From assembly GCA_050250895.1 (NCBI GenBank), contig JBFWNU010000004.1:366934-430933 (forward strand): a stretch of 64,000 nucleotides of DNA, written 5' to 3'. Source of the stretch: Vulcanimicrobiota bacterium. GTDB lineage: Bacteria > Vulcanimicrobiota > Xenobia > Xenobiales > JADMJV01. Below the pieces are notes generated by a model. That model made no database searches. It worked only from the letters and a program-made list of their open reading frames with translations, and was not told the DNA's origin. The position numbers were made by a program, and so were the translations under genes. Every line of letters starts with the position of its first letter. Positions within the stretch are counted from its first letter, which is position 1. Of the stretch, positions 1 to 10,015 are shown in pieces.

Positions 1-1
1 T

Positions 2-1063
2 GAATACCACGTTCCGCTCTTGCCGCCCGCTACCGGCAACCTCCTTTCGCCCTTGCACGGGGGCGGAGTGCGAGTTCGGCTTTCTGACCTGGGGCCGGGC
101 ACGCGTCTGCTCTTCGAGATTCATCACAGTTGCTGTGATGGCCGAGGGGCGTTCTTGTTTCTGGACGACTTTCTCCAGGACTACCACGAACTCTGCGGCG
201 GCGCCGCCCGACGCCGCCCCAAAAGAGATCTGTCGGTACTGGAAAGGAGGGGGCAGGTCGAGGTTTCGGAGACCAGCCTCGAACTTTCCCTGTGGCTGAG
301 GCTGCGCCTAGCCTGGGACTTTCTGAGCACTCGGCCCCAGGGCTTTGGCGATGTGAAGCGACCAGCTCGGTCGCACCGCCCGTTCTCTCAGCAGCTGTTT
401 TCGCCAGCCCTGAGTTCGCTCATCGACAGCCGCCTGGCTGGCTCAGGGGCCAATCTTAACGACCTCGGTCTGGCCTTGCTGCTGCGGACGCTGGCCTCTA
501 CCTCGTCCTCCTCCCAGCCGCTGCGACTGCTGGTGCCGACCAGCCTGCGTCGCCTCTCTGACTTCAGGGCCGGGGCCAGCCACCGCACCAGCTTCGCCTT
601 TCTCACCCGGGCCCCACACGATTGCCTCGGCGGCTTTGCCGACCTGCTCGAGTGGACCGTGGGCGAGACTCGCTTCATCAAAGCGGCCCGTCCCGACTAC
701 ACCACCGTGTTGGGCGTGAATCTGCTCGAGCGATTGCGCCTGCTCCGTCGCTTCTTGAGCTGGCCCCAGGCCCGCAACACGGCCGTGCTCTCTTTCATGG
801 ACGATGTCACCCGACTCCTCTCGCTCAAGCGTTTTCCCAGTTCTGCCCAGGGTGTGGGCATTGGCGACCAGGTGTTGAGCGGAGTCTTCGGCGTGCCCCC
901 CACCCGACCGGGCACGAGTCTCAGCTTTGGCCTGGGCCGCTTCCAGGGGCGCGTCAACGTCTGTCTGAAGGGGGAGCCCCAGGTGGTGTCCGAGCAACTC
1001 GAAGCCCAGCTCATGGCGGCCTATACCAAAGGTTGGCAGGCTTGGGCCGAGGGCGCTCTCTAG
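2..1063 (+). CDS. Condensation-domain/PapA5-like acyltransferase (5'-partial)
   Basis: HHSCCDG matches the HHxxxDG catalytic motif. The frame is open from position 2, so the start probably lies upstream of the window. The stop overlaps that of the convergent SDR. Confidence 0.7.
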   Translation, partial: EYHVPLLPPATGNLLSPLHGGGVRVRLSDLGPGTRLLFEIHHSCCDGRGAFLFLDDFLQDYHELCGGAARRRPKRDLSVLERRGQVEVSETSLELSLWLRLRLAWDFLSTRPQGFGDVKRPARSHRPFSQQLFSPALSSLIDSRLAGSGANLNDLGLALLLRTLASTSSSSQPLRLLVPTSLRRLSDFRAGASHRTSFAFLTRAPHDCLGGFADLLEWTVGETRFIKAARPDYTTVLGVNLLERLRLLRRFLSWPQARNTAVLSFMDDVTRLLSLKRFPSSAQGVGIGDQVLSGVFGVPPTRPGTSLSFGLGRFQGRVNVCLKGEPQVVSEQLEAQLMAAYTKGWQAWAEGAL

Positions 1064-1809
1064 AGCAGGCTGATACCGCCGTCCACCACCAGCGTCTGGC
1101 CCTGAATCAGGTCGGCCAGGGGGCTCGACAGAAACAGGACACTGTCGGCCACATCGTCACAGGTCAGCTTCCGTCCGGCCGTGAGCAGGTGCTGGTCGAC
1201 TGTTTCGAAGAGAGCCTCGGGCAAGGCTTTAGTCGATTGGGTTCGCACCAGCCCGGCCAGCACGACATTGAAATTGATCTGCGGAAACTCCAGAGCCAGG
1301 TGACGCGTCAGGCTCTCCAAAGCAGCTTTCGAAGCCCCGATCATGCCATAGTTCTCGATGGCTTTGCGAGCTCCGTGGCTCGACAGGCTCACCACCTTGG
1401 GTCGTCCCGAACCGGCTTGCATCCAGGGCAAGGCGGCCTGCACCAGACTCACCAGGGCCATGGCGTTGACGTTCATGGTGGTCTTGAACTGCTCCGGAGT
1501 GATCGAGCGCAGCGAGTGAAAACCGCCCCGGGCCACATTGCTCACCAGGATGTCCAGTCGGCCGAATCGTTGACCCACAAAGTCGAGCATGGCCTCAATG
1601 TCCTCGGCTTCGCCGATGTCGGCTTTGACCACCACCGCGTCTCGGCCCAATTGCTGCACCTCTTCGGCCACCTGCTCGGCGGCCCTGGGCGAGGCCAGAT
1701 AGTTGATGACCACGTCGGCCCCGGCCCGAGCCAGCTTGAGGGCGCAGGCCCTCCCGATGCCGCGCGAGGCTCCCGTGACCAGCGCCACCTTTCCGTCCAA
1801 TTCGATCAT
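1060..1809 (-). CDS. SDR, FabL-like enoyl-ACP reductase
   Basis: TGASRGIG NAD(P)-binding motif; NYGMIGASKAALE has the YxxxxxxK spacing of FabL/FabI-type enoyl reductases. The start overlaps the PKS stop. Confidence 0.8.
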   Translation of the reverse strand: MIELDGKVALVTGASRGIGRACALKLARAGADVVINYLASPRAAEQVAEEVQQLGRDAVVVKADIGEAEDIEAMLDFVGQRFGRLDILVSNVARGGFHSLRSITPEQFKTTMNVNAMALVSLVQAALPWMQAGSGRPKVVSLSSHGARKAIENYGMIGASKAALESLTRHLALEFPQINFNVVLAGLVRTQSTKALPEALFETVDQHLLTAGRKLTCDDVADSVLFLSSPLADLIQGQTLVVDGGISLL

Positions 1810-4800
1810 GCGCCGATTCGGTTGGGGACGCCGAGCCAGGCCAGCCGATAGTCATGGGCCCGCGCCATGAGCTGGCCATCGTCCCCCCAGAGATGAATTT
1901 CGAAGCGCTCCTCGCCTATCCATTGCACCCTGACGACACAGCGCTCGCCCGGGCGGGTGAGGCGCCCCACCCACAACTCGCCGATAGTCGCTGGCACCGT
2001 GTGCCCTTCGCGCACGCTCTTCCAGGCCAAGATTCCCGCCGCATAGAGACATCCGTCCAGGATGGCCGAGGGCAGCCGCCACCCTACTGTAGAGCGGTGA
2101 GAGCCGGCCAGTTCCACCAAGGGTGGGGCCACCAGTTCGCCCCAGAGAGTCTCTCCCTCTATTTGATAGCGTCGCAGCGTTCGCAACGAGGGCCCGTGGT
2201 ACATCTGACCCGAGTCGGAATAGGCGACCGGCTCCCATTGGTCGGGAACCTCGGGGCAGGCCAGTGACTCGACCGGCATCTCGTTCACCAACTCTACCTC
2301 GAGCAAAGTTCGGCGCGCCTCTAACACCGTTCCGTCGCGGGCCAACTGGGCATAGAGCAGCCTCACCGTATTGTCGTCACGAGCCACTTCCACCTGGCGT
2401 GGACGCCCCTCGTGGAACTTCAGAAACCCTGCCGGTCGGACTCGCCTCAAGCCGATGGGGCCAGGACCTCGAGATTGCGCCTCGCAGGCCAACTCGAGGG
2501 CCACCACCAGGGGTAGTACCGGAACGTCTTCCACCCGATGGTCTCGCAAGAAGGCTTCCTGCTCGGGATCGAGCCATACCTGATTGGAGGTTCCCAGCAG
2601 GGGTCGGGCGGCCTGCTGCGTCTCGAACAGCTCGGCGTGATAGAATCTGCGGTAATAGTGCTCATCGGTGATGAGCACCTCGGCTCTGGGGGCGCCGGCC
2701 TGCAACTCGGCGATGAGGTGAGCGACCCCCTCGGCCGCTGGCATGAAGTTCATGTTCACTAACTCGAGACCCAGCTGGCTCTCGCCTTTGACGGCCATTC
2801 CGACATCGCCCCAGGCGTGCCAATGAAAGGTCACCGCGCCGACCTCCGGCCGTTGCTGACGATAATAGGCCACTAGCTTGGCCATCATCTCGTTGGCGGC
2901 CGAATAGTCGGCGTGCCCGTTGGCCCCGAACCGACCACTGATCGAGCCGAAGGCGACAAAGAAGTCGAGCGGGTCTGCAGCCATCAGGCTCATCAAGTTG
3001 TGGGTTCCCAGGACCTTGGCTCCCAAGCATTCCCCCACCTTTTGGTGGTCCTTCTGCTCGAACTTCGAATCGCGGGTGGCCCCGGCCCCATGCAGGACGC
3101 CGCGAATGGGTCCATCGGCCCGGATCGCCTGAAGAGTTTGGGCCAGCCGGTCCCGATCGCTCAAGTCGCAACTGTGATAGTGCGCTTCCAGGCCGGCTTC
3201 GTGGAGGGCCACCAGGGCCGCCTCGATCTCGAGGCCCTTCTCGACGGCTTCCCAGCTTTTGACCGGGTTGGCTGCTCCCTGAGAGCGAGCCGTATCCATC
3301 ACTTCCAGCTTCAATCCACGGCGGTCCTGTAGCCAACGGGCTCGCCACTCGGGCGGATGCGAGGGACCGGGGGCCCGTCCGATGAGATGGAGCTTCAATC
3401 CGAAGCGGCCGGCCAGTTCGCGGGCGACGTGGGCAGTGATGCCCCGGGCCCCGCCGGTGCAGACCCAGTTACCGCGCGGCAACACCGCCTGGCCGTCCCG
3501 GTCGTCCACTGGCTGGGGTTCGGCCGTCACCAGGGCCCGTTGGCCGGCGATTTCACCGATCTCGAGCTCATAGTTGCGGTGGCAAAGCTCTCGTAGCACG
3601 CGCTGGCCAGCGTCTGAGGCACTGATATCAGGGCCGCAGTCGATAACTTTCACGGTCAAATCGCGATGTCCGGCTACCCAATTCTCGATGCGCATCGACT
3701 TTAAAAGGCCGGCCAGAAATCCTCCGTCAGGACCCTCTATGGGCGTTCCAAAGCCGAAGCCGCCCCCGAGTCTGGTCACGGCCACCACGGTGGCCTCGTC
3801 CACCAGGCCGTCTCCCTTGACCCGCCGCAACCATTCCTGGCAGAGCCAGAACGGAGTCGTGATGCGGGCGGTGTAATGCTCTGGCCGCTCCAGTTCGCCC
3901 GGCACCCAGGCGGTGGTGATAAACAGGTGGGGTAGCGGCCCGAGCGCTTCGAGACCTCGCTTGAGTTCCGTCAAGGCCCGGTGGGTATCGAGGATATGGA
4001 CCGGCCCCCTGAGGCGGCTCGCGAGTTCACGACTCAAAGCGTTGTCTCCGATGATCAGCGAAGCTCCGCCAAGGCTGCGAGTGGGCGAGAGCGGGAGGGG
4101 ACATTCGACCATCCTCATCAGGTAGCGCTGAGTCTGGTCGGGGGTCGAGCCGGGCAGGGTCCCGTGGCGCTCTTTGTAGCCGATCAGGTTGTAGAGATGG
4201 ACTCCCGCTCCCTCGGCCAGGCCGCGAAGCTCTTCCAGGGTGGCCGGGTCGAGGCCGGCCTCGAGGTCTTTCCCAGGCCGCCTTTGCCAGGGAAAGACCT
4301 TGAGCGCATCGTGGCGCAGAGCCGCGCGGATGGCTTGGGATTGCGCCCGGCCACGTAGCCGAGCACTTTCATAGGCCTGCCCGCTGACGCGGGGCAGGAG
4401 CGGCGCCTCGGCCTCGGTCGGGGCCTCGGTCACCCCGATATGCTCGAGAATGTCTTTGAGGCTTCGGAGGTTGGCCAGCTCTTTGTCAGAGGTGTCTAGA
4501 CCGAAGGCATCGCGCAGCTCGCCCAGCAATTGGGTTCTTTTGATACTGTCGATGCCGAGGTCGGCCTCGAGTTCCCATTCCAGCTTGAGCGCGCTACGTG
4601 GATAGCCCGTCAGGTCGGCAACATGGTCGAGGAGAAAGGCTTGAGCGCGGGCGTCGATGGCCGTGGTGCGTGTCTTGCCGCTAAGGCTGTCTTCCCCCAG
4701 CACGCGCTCGAGGCGGGGCCGGGTCGCGTCGAAATGATCGATGCTTCCGAGCCCTCTCTGGGTGGTCGTCGAGCGCGCCTGGGGCAGCCGGTCGACGCAT

Positions 4801-7800
4801 TCGAAGGCGGCTTCGAGGCGGGCCCACTGGAGGGCCCGCTGGCGACGCGGGTGGTCGACCGAAGTCACGATCACATTGCGCTCCTTCAAATTTTGGCGGG
4901 CCAGTTGAGTCAACACCTGTTTAGGGCCCACTTCGACGAGCAGGCCGACTCCGTCGTTCACGAGTTGATCCAGGAGCTGACCAAATCGGACCGGCTCGAC
5001 CAGTTGCCGAACCAGATTCTGGCGGATGACCTCGACCTGGGTAGCCGGCTGATTGGTCACGTTACTGTAAAACAGGATCGTGGGTGGACGCAGCTCGAGC
5101 CTGGCCAGCCGGGCTTCGAGGGCCGTCTGAGCCGATGCCACCAAAGGAGTGTGAAGGGCGCCCGGAACCTTGAGCCGGCGAGTGGGCATGCTGTCTTTTC
5201 TCAGCTCGCTCTCCAGGGCGGCCAGCTGACTGTTAAGGCCGCCCACCACCGTCTGACCGGCGGCGTTATAATGGGTGAAATAAAGTCCTAGCTCGGCCAC
5301 CAGAGGCTCGAGCCGTTGGGGAGGCGCGGCCACGGAAAGCAGACCTCCGTCGGGCGAGGCTGCTAGCAGAGCCTGAGCGCGGACCTGGGTCAGCTCCAGA
5401 GCGTCTTCGAAGGTCATGACCCCGGCCGCCACCAGGGCAGGAATCTCGCCAAAGCTGTGGCCACACACACAGTCGGGCCGATAGCCTTGCTCGTCGAGCA
5501 CGGCGAAAGCGATCTGATCAGCGATCAAGACGGCCAACTGGGTGACCACCGGGTCGGCGTCAAGGCGCTCATCCGCTTGCCAGGCCAGGAGTCCAAAGCC
5601 AGGCAGGCCCATCTTCTCGAGGGCAGCGTCGGCCCGGCGCACCACGGCTGCCGCGGCCGCGGACCCGCTCACCAGGTCTCGCAGCATGCCTTGATACTGA
5701 GAGCCCTGACCCGAGAAAAGATAAGCGATCCGCGGTCGAGCACGGCCGAGTTCGCAGTAGAAGATACCCTGCTCTTCGAGCAGGCGCCGGCCCTTGGCTT
5801 CGGCCAACTGGTCAGCTGCCAGAGCCACATTCTGGGCCAGGCGAGGCTGGTCGGGAGCCACGGCCACCAGGCGGACCGGGTCGGCCTGCGCCAGGCCCTG
5901 GCGACCCTCGCGAAGGTTGGTCGCCAGTTGGTTCGGGTCGTGGGCACTGTAGCGAGCCACCCGGGCGGTGACGGATGACCGGGGGCCGGCGCCCTCGAAG
6001 ATGAGCTGGGCAGCCTGGCCGGTCTCGGCCAGGCCGGCCAGCACCACTCTCTCTTGCGGATGGCACAAGCTAGCTCTCAACAACGAGAGCATCCCCCCGG
6101 CCGCATGCAGAGCCCCGAATTGGGCGGCCAATGAGGGCAAGAGGGGCTTGCCGCAGACCCGCTCCAAAACCGGGGCCAACTCGGCCGAGGGGGCATCAGC
6201 CAGGGCAAGGCCCGGGTCAGACAAGGCAGGGCCGACCACCAATTCGAGGGCCGACTCGGGGGTGAGTCCGCTGGCGAGTTCTGCCGTGTGCAAAAGGCCA
6301 TAGATTCGGTCCCCGTCCTGCTGGGCTCGGTCGAGGGTCTTGAGGATGACCACTCCGACCCCTTCGCCTGGCAACTGGGCGCTCAAACGACCTTTGAGGG
6401 CAAGACTCTCGAACCCCACCAGGTCCATGGAGTGCTGGCCGGCCGCCACCACCACGGCTGAGCAATCGCCGCCCCGCAGCAGGTCACAACCCACCTTCAA
6501 GGCCGCCTCGGACGATGTCTCGCCCACATCGAGAGCCAGGGCTCCACCGCGCCAATCGTGGGCTTTAGTCAATCGTGAAGCGAGAGAGCTACAGGTAAAG
6601 CCTCCCGTCTCGTCGAGCAGTGCCGAGTATCGCTCGAAGAAAATCCGGTCGAACTGCTCGAGCAATCCGGGCTTCGAGAGGCCCAACTCAGCCAGCAGCC
6701 TGGCCACCTCACGGCGAATCTCGGCGTGGCGAAAGCCCACTTGCATCTGATTGCCGAAGTCCGAACAAAAACTCGCGCCCACCACCACGGCTGTCGAGTT
6801 TGCCTCGAGTGGGGAGCCCAGCTCTGCCAGGGCCTGATTGGTCGCATCCAACAGCATCAGCTGGACCGGATTGGCCCGCTTGACCTGCTTGGGAGGAATC
6901 TTGTGGCCGACGGCGTCGAACTCGAAGTTAGTGATGTAGCCACCGCGACGGGTGGGCGTATGCCAGGGCTGGAGCTGCTCGGCCAGGCCGGCGTCACTGG
7001 GCCAGCGACCGGCCGGCGGTTCGCCGAGTTGGGACTGGCCGCTGCCGAGCAACTCTTTCAACTCGCCCAGGTTGCGAGCGCCGGGGACGACGACGCCGCG
7101 CCCGACCACCGCCACCAGCGGCTCGTCGGCGGCCACCGGCTCGACCGGTCCGCCTGGCTCTTCGACCACCAGGTGAACGTTGAGACCGCCCACCCCAAAG
7201 GCGCTGACACCGGCTCGGCGAGTCTCTCCCTGACGGGGCGCAGGCCAATCGGACGGCTCTCGCTGGACCACGAAAGGTAGCCGCGACCAGTCCACTCCGG
7301 GGTTGAGCTGGTCGACGTTGATGGTGTGGGGAATGCCGCGGTGTCTCAAGGCCAGCACGACCTTCAACAAACTGGCCAGTCCGGCCGTCTCGAGCGTATG
7401 CCCCAAATTGGACTTGACACTGCCGATGGGTATCTGGCGTCCTTTCAGATGAGGCCCGAAAAAGGTCGACAAAGACTCGAGTTCGGTGGCGTCACCCAGC
7501 TGAGTGCTGGTGGCGTGGGCTTCGATGTACTGGACGCTGGCCGCGTCGACTCCGGCGTAGCAACGTTGCAGCGCCTCGAGCTGTCCCTCGGCACGGGGGG
7601 CCCACAGACTGCGACCGCGACCATCCGAAGACAGACCGATCGAGCGGATCACCGCTTGCATCGAATCCCCGTCGCGGCGGGCCGCATCGGCCCGCTTGAG
7701 GACCATTGCCACCACTCCTTCGGAGCTGATCAGGCCGTCGGCTTCGGCATCGAACGGGCGCGAGCCGGACGCGCTGCACGATTGGGCGTGGGAAAAGAGA

Positions 7801-8516
7801 ATGAGGCTCTCCGTCTTGTTGTAGGAGGACCCTCCGACGATGGCCAGGTCGATTTCGCCCCGGGTCAGAGCCAGGGCGGCCAGGGAGAGAGCCACCAACG
7901 ACGAGGCACAGGCGGCGTCTACCACCAGCTGAGGGCCGGCCAACCCCAGTTGCCGGACCAGCAGGCCCGCGATCCATTGGGCCTCGAGACACGGTTTGCC
8001 TTCCCCGTCGCGGCGAGGCCGTCCGCGGCGTAGCTGGCCGGTCAGGGCTTGCATGGCGGCCTGACGCGTCTGGGTCGGCAAAGCGCGAAAATCGGGCAAG
8101 CACTCGAGCAACTCCGCCACCTGAGCGGCCAGGGTGGCTACCACCAGTTCTCCCCCCCGGGGCGTTCCTCCGGAGTGACCGGCATAGACACCGACTCGCT
8201 GGCCTTGCAGCCCGTCAGCATAGCCCGCCTCGGCCAGCGCTTCCAGAGCCACATCGCAAAAGATGCGGTGGCTCAAGTCATAGGAATCATCTCCCGAGCG
8301 GGCCTGGCAAGACTTGAGGCAGCCGCCGATGCTGGAGTAAGTCTTTCCCACCTGACCGCGGGTCGAATCAAAGTAAAGTTCTCGGTCCAGTCGCTCGGGG
8401 GGCAACTCGCGAACCGCATCATGGCCGTTCCAGAGCAACTCCCAGAATTCGGCCGGGTTGTCCGAATCGGGCAGGCGGCAGCCGCACCCCAATATCGCGA
8501 TAGGAGCGATCTTCAT
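1806..8516 (-). CDS. Iterative type I PKS/PUFA-synthase-like protein, KS-KS0(CLF)-AT-ACP-[C45 remnant]-KR-DH, 2236 aa
   Basis: KS motifs DAACASS, EAHATST and KSNLGHT; second KS has DVGETSS (no Cys); AT has FSGQGSQ and GHSFG; ACP LGIDS; KR TGGARGIT and DYSAAN; DH DHRVEDVPVLP and ILDGCL. Confidence 0.92.
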   Translation of the reverse strand: MKIAPIAILGCGCRLPDSDNPAEFWELLWNGHDAVRELPPERLDRELYFDSTRGQVGKTYSSIGGCLKSCQARSGDDSYDLSHRIFCDVALEALAEAGYADGLQGQRVGVYAGHSGGTPRGGELVVATLAAQVAELLECLPDFRALPTQTRQAAMQALTGQLRRGRPRRDGEGKPCLEAQWIAGLLVRQLGLAGPQLVVDAACASSLVALSLAALALTRGEIDLAIVGGSSYNKTESLILFSHAQSCSASGSRPFDAEADGLISSEGVVAMVLKRADAARRDGDSMQAVIRSIGLSSDGRGRSLWAPRAEGQLEALQRCYAGVDAASVQYIEAHATSTQLGDATELESLSTFFGPHLKGRQIPIGSVKSNLGHTLETAGLASLLKVVLALRHRGIPHTINVDQLNPGVDWSRLPFVVQREPSDWPAPRQGETRRAGVSAFGVGGLNVHLVVEEPGGPVEPVAADEPLVAVVGRGVVVPGARNLGELKELLGSGQSQLGEPPAGRWPSDAGLAEQLQPWHTPTRRGGYITNFEFDAVGHKIPPKQVKRANPVQLMLLDATNQALAELGSPLEANSTAVVVGASFCSDFGNQMQVGFRHAEIRREVARLLAELGLSKPGLLEQFDRIFFERYSALLDETGGFTCSSLASRLTKAHDWRGGALALDVGETSSEAALKVGCDLLRGGDCSAVVVAAGQHSMDLVGFESLALKGRLSAQLPGEGVGVVILKTLDRAQQDGDRIYGLLHTAELASGLTPESALELVVGPALSDPGLALADAPSAELAPVLERVCGKPLLPSLAAQFGALHAAGGMLSLLRASLCHPQERVVLAGLAETGQAAQLIFEGAGPRSSVTARVARYSAHDPNQLATNLREGRQGLAQADPVRLVAVAPDQPRLAQNVALAADQLAEAKGRRLLEEQGIFYCELGRARPRIAYLFSGQGSQYQGMLRDLVSGSAAAAAVVRRADAALEKMGLPGFGLLAWQADERLDADPVVTQLAVLIADQIAFAVLDEQGYRPDCVCGHSFGEIPALVAAGVMTFEDALELTQVRAQALLAASPDGGLLSVAAPPQRLEPLVAELGLYFTHYNAAGQTVVGGLNSQLAALESELRKDSMPTRRLKVPGALHTPLVASAQTALEARLARLELRPPTILFYSNVTNQPATQVEVIRQNLVRQLVEPVRFGQLLDQLVNDGVGLLVEVGPKQVLTQLARQNLKERNVIVTSVDHPRRQRALQWARLEAAFECVDRLPQARSTTTQRGLGSIDHFDATRPRLERVLGEDSLSGKTRTTAIDARAQAFLLDHVADLTGYPRSALKLEWELEADLGIDSIKRTQLLGELRDAFGLDTSDKELANLRSLKDILEHIGVTEAPTEAEAPLLPRVSGQAYESARLRGRAQSQAIRAALRHDALKVFPWQRRPGKDLEAGLDPATLEELRGLAEGAGVHLYNLIGYKERHGTLPGSTPDQTQRYLMRMVECPLPLSPTRSLGGASLIIGDNALSRELASRLRGPVHILDTHRALTELKRGLEALGPLPHLFITTAWVPGELERPEHYTARITTPFWLCQEWLRRVKGDGLVDEATVVAVTRLGGGFGFGTPIEGPDGGFLAGLLKSMRIENWVAGHRDLTVKVIDCGPDISASDAGQRVLRELCHRNYELEIGEIAGQRALVTAEPQPVDDRDGQAVLPRGNWVCTGGARGITAHVARELAGRFGLKLHLIGRAPGPSHPPEWRARWLQDRRGLKLEVMDTARSQGAANPVKSWEAVEKGLEIEAALVALHEAGLEAHYHSCDLSDRDRLAQTLQAIRADGPIRGVLHGAGATRDSKFEQKDHQKVGECLGAKVLGTHNLMSLMAADPLDFFVAFGSISGRFGANGHADYSAANEMMAKLVAYYRQQRPEVGAVTFHWHAWGDVGMAVKGESQLGLELVNMNFMPAAEGVAHLIAELQAGAPRAEVLITDEHYYRRFYHAELFETQQAARPLLGTSNQVWLDPEQEAFLRDHRVEDVPVLPLVVALELACEAQSRGPGPIGLRRVRPAGFLKFHEGRPRQVEVARDDNTVRLLYAQLARDGTVLEARRTLLEVELVNEMPVESLACPEVPDQWEPVAYSDSGQMYHGPSLRTLRRYQIEGETLWGELVAPPLVELAGSHRSTVGWRLPSAILDGCLYAAGILAWKSVREGHTVPATIGELWVGRLTRPGERCVVRVQWIGEERFEIHLWGDDGQLMARAHDYRLAWLGVPNRIGA

Positions 8517-9886
8517 GCGGCCCCTAGTAGATCGACGACGTGCATCAGCATTTTTAGCGCTTCATCCAGGCGCTCGGAGTCCCCGACGAGCACCAGCTCA
8601 CCTGCATAGAGAGCTTGCTCTGGGGTCAGCTGGCGGCCTGCCAGGTGAGCCAGCGTAGGCAGGCTGCAAAACGCTTCAGGCGCGCATTCGACTCTTGTCA
8701 GGGGAGTGCGTCCCGTTTCGGCAAAACCCCATTGTCCCCCTTCGGGTCCGGGCACGGTCAAAAAGAGCCGGGGTTCTGAGTTTGAGGCCAGCGGAATTCG
8801 CGAAAGTCGCCGGGCCAGATCCCACTCCGGCGCAGCCTGAAAGCGATGTTCCAGGGCGAAACCGACCAGCCGTTTAAGCGCCTCGCCATCCAGACGAGGG
8901 CAAGGCACGCCACTGTGCTCGAGGGTCAGCTGGCAGTCAAAGGTCGGATGGTTGCTGAGATAGGGTCGATAGGTCGACACCGCGGCCGGCCCGTCGAGCG
9001 ATTGAACCGATGGCGGTTGGTCATCCTCGCTTCGACAGGCGCGCACAGCGTCATACAGAGCTTGGAAGCTGGTGGGATGAGGATTGGTCAGATGATAATA
9101 TTGCTGGGCCGAGCGCTCCTGGCCCAGCAACGCGATGACCACCTGCGAGACCCAGTCCACCGGAACCAGGTTGATCCCGTCCTCGGGGTCTTCGACCCCT
9201 ACCGTTTCTAGTAGTGAACGACTGCTCGAGGCCGAGTTCAGCCAGGTCAGCAAGAGGAGCGGGTACGCTCCCTGAAAATTCGGGGTGTAGCCGGTGGAAG
9301 ACTCGCCTACGATGATGGAAGGACGATAGATGGTGAAACGCCGCAGAAACTCGGCCTGGGCAACCAGCGACTCGGCCAGGGCCTTGCTGCGCTCGTAGTC
9401 ATTGTTGAAGACCTGGTGAAGGGGCACGGGTCGGGGCTCAAGGTTGGGAACGGTGGCCCCGCAGACGTAGGCGGTCGAAATCAAGTGAAACTCGTCGAGG
9501 TCACACCCGCGACTCAGTTCGAGCAGGCGGGCGGTTGCGTCGACATTGGTCAGATAAGGTTCTCCACTGCCATCGGCTCGAAACTTCACGGTGGCTGCCG
9601 AATGCAACACCCGGCAGCAGTGGTTCTTGAGCCACTCACGAGCCTGCTCGTCAAGACCGAGATCGGGTTGGCGCAGGTCACCCTCGATGAGCTGGGGACG
9701 AGGGAGCTGGCGGGCCAGCCCTCTTTCCAGTCGCTGGCAACAAACCTCGATCCTTTCGGCTGCAGACGCTCCGTTCGTCGGGCGAGCCAAAACCGCGAGG
9801 TTCAAGCCTTGCAATAGACCGTCACGCATCAAAAACTGGCCCAGCAGGCCGGTTGCTCCGGTGAGTAGCGTAAAGGTTCTATCCAT
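8513..9886 (-). CDS. Thioester/fatty acyl reductase (extended SDR, NAD_binding_4) with C-terminal SCP2-like domain
   Basis: TGATGLLG, HSAA, YERSK and RPSII motifs. The C-terminal GQLTPEQALYAGELVLVGD-like segment resembles SCP2. The stop overlaps the PKS ATG. Confidence 0.8.
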   Translation of the reverse strand: MDRTFTLLTGATGLLGQFLMRDGLLQGLNLAVLARPTNGASAAERIEVCCQRLERGLARQLPRPQLIEGDLRQPDLGLDEQAREWLKNHCCRVLHSAATVKFRADGSGEPYLTNVDATARLLELSRGCDLDEFHLISTAYVCGATVPNLEPRPVPLHQVFNNDYERSKALAESLVAQAEFLRRFTIYRPSIIVGESSTGYTPNFQGAYPLLLLTWLNSASSSRSLLETVGVEDPEDGINLVPVDWVSQVVIALLGQERSAQQYYHLTNPHPTSFQALYDAVRACRSEDDQPPSVQSLDGPAAVSTYRPYLSNHPTFDCQLTLEHSGVPCPRLDGEALKRLVGFALEHRFQAAPEWDLARRLSRIPLASNSEPRLFLTVPGPEGGQWGFAETGRTPLTRVECAPEAFCSLPTLAHLAGRQLTPEQALYAGELVLVGDSERLDEALKMLMHVVDLLGAA

Positions 9887-9960
9887 TGATGCTTACCAGT
9901 TCTTGGCGTCGCGCCCGACTAGCCCGGTGTCGACCGGCATCGCCCAGCGCCGGGATGACG

Positions 9961-10015
9961 CAAGTCTAAGACAGTATACGAGATCCTCCGAGATTTCAAG
10001 TCTTTGGCCAAGTCT
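9961..10015. repeat. Three direct CAAGTCT heptamer repeats
   Basis: Exact copies at 9961, 9997 and 10009 (a CAAGCCT variant follows at 10017). They flank or overlap the putative promoter. Confidence 0.6.
9971..9999 (-). promoter_or_regulatory. Putative sigma70 promoter of the reductase-PKS-FabL operon
   Basis: On the minus strand, TTGAAA (9994-9999) is followed by TACTGT at 17 nt or TATACT at 15 nt, about 85 bp before the ATG at 9886. Confidence 0.5.
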
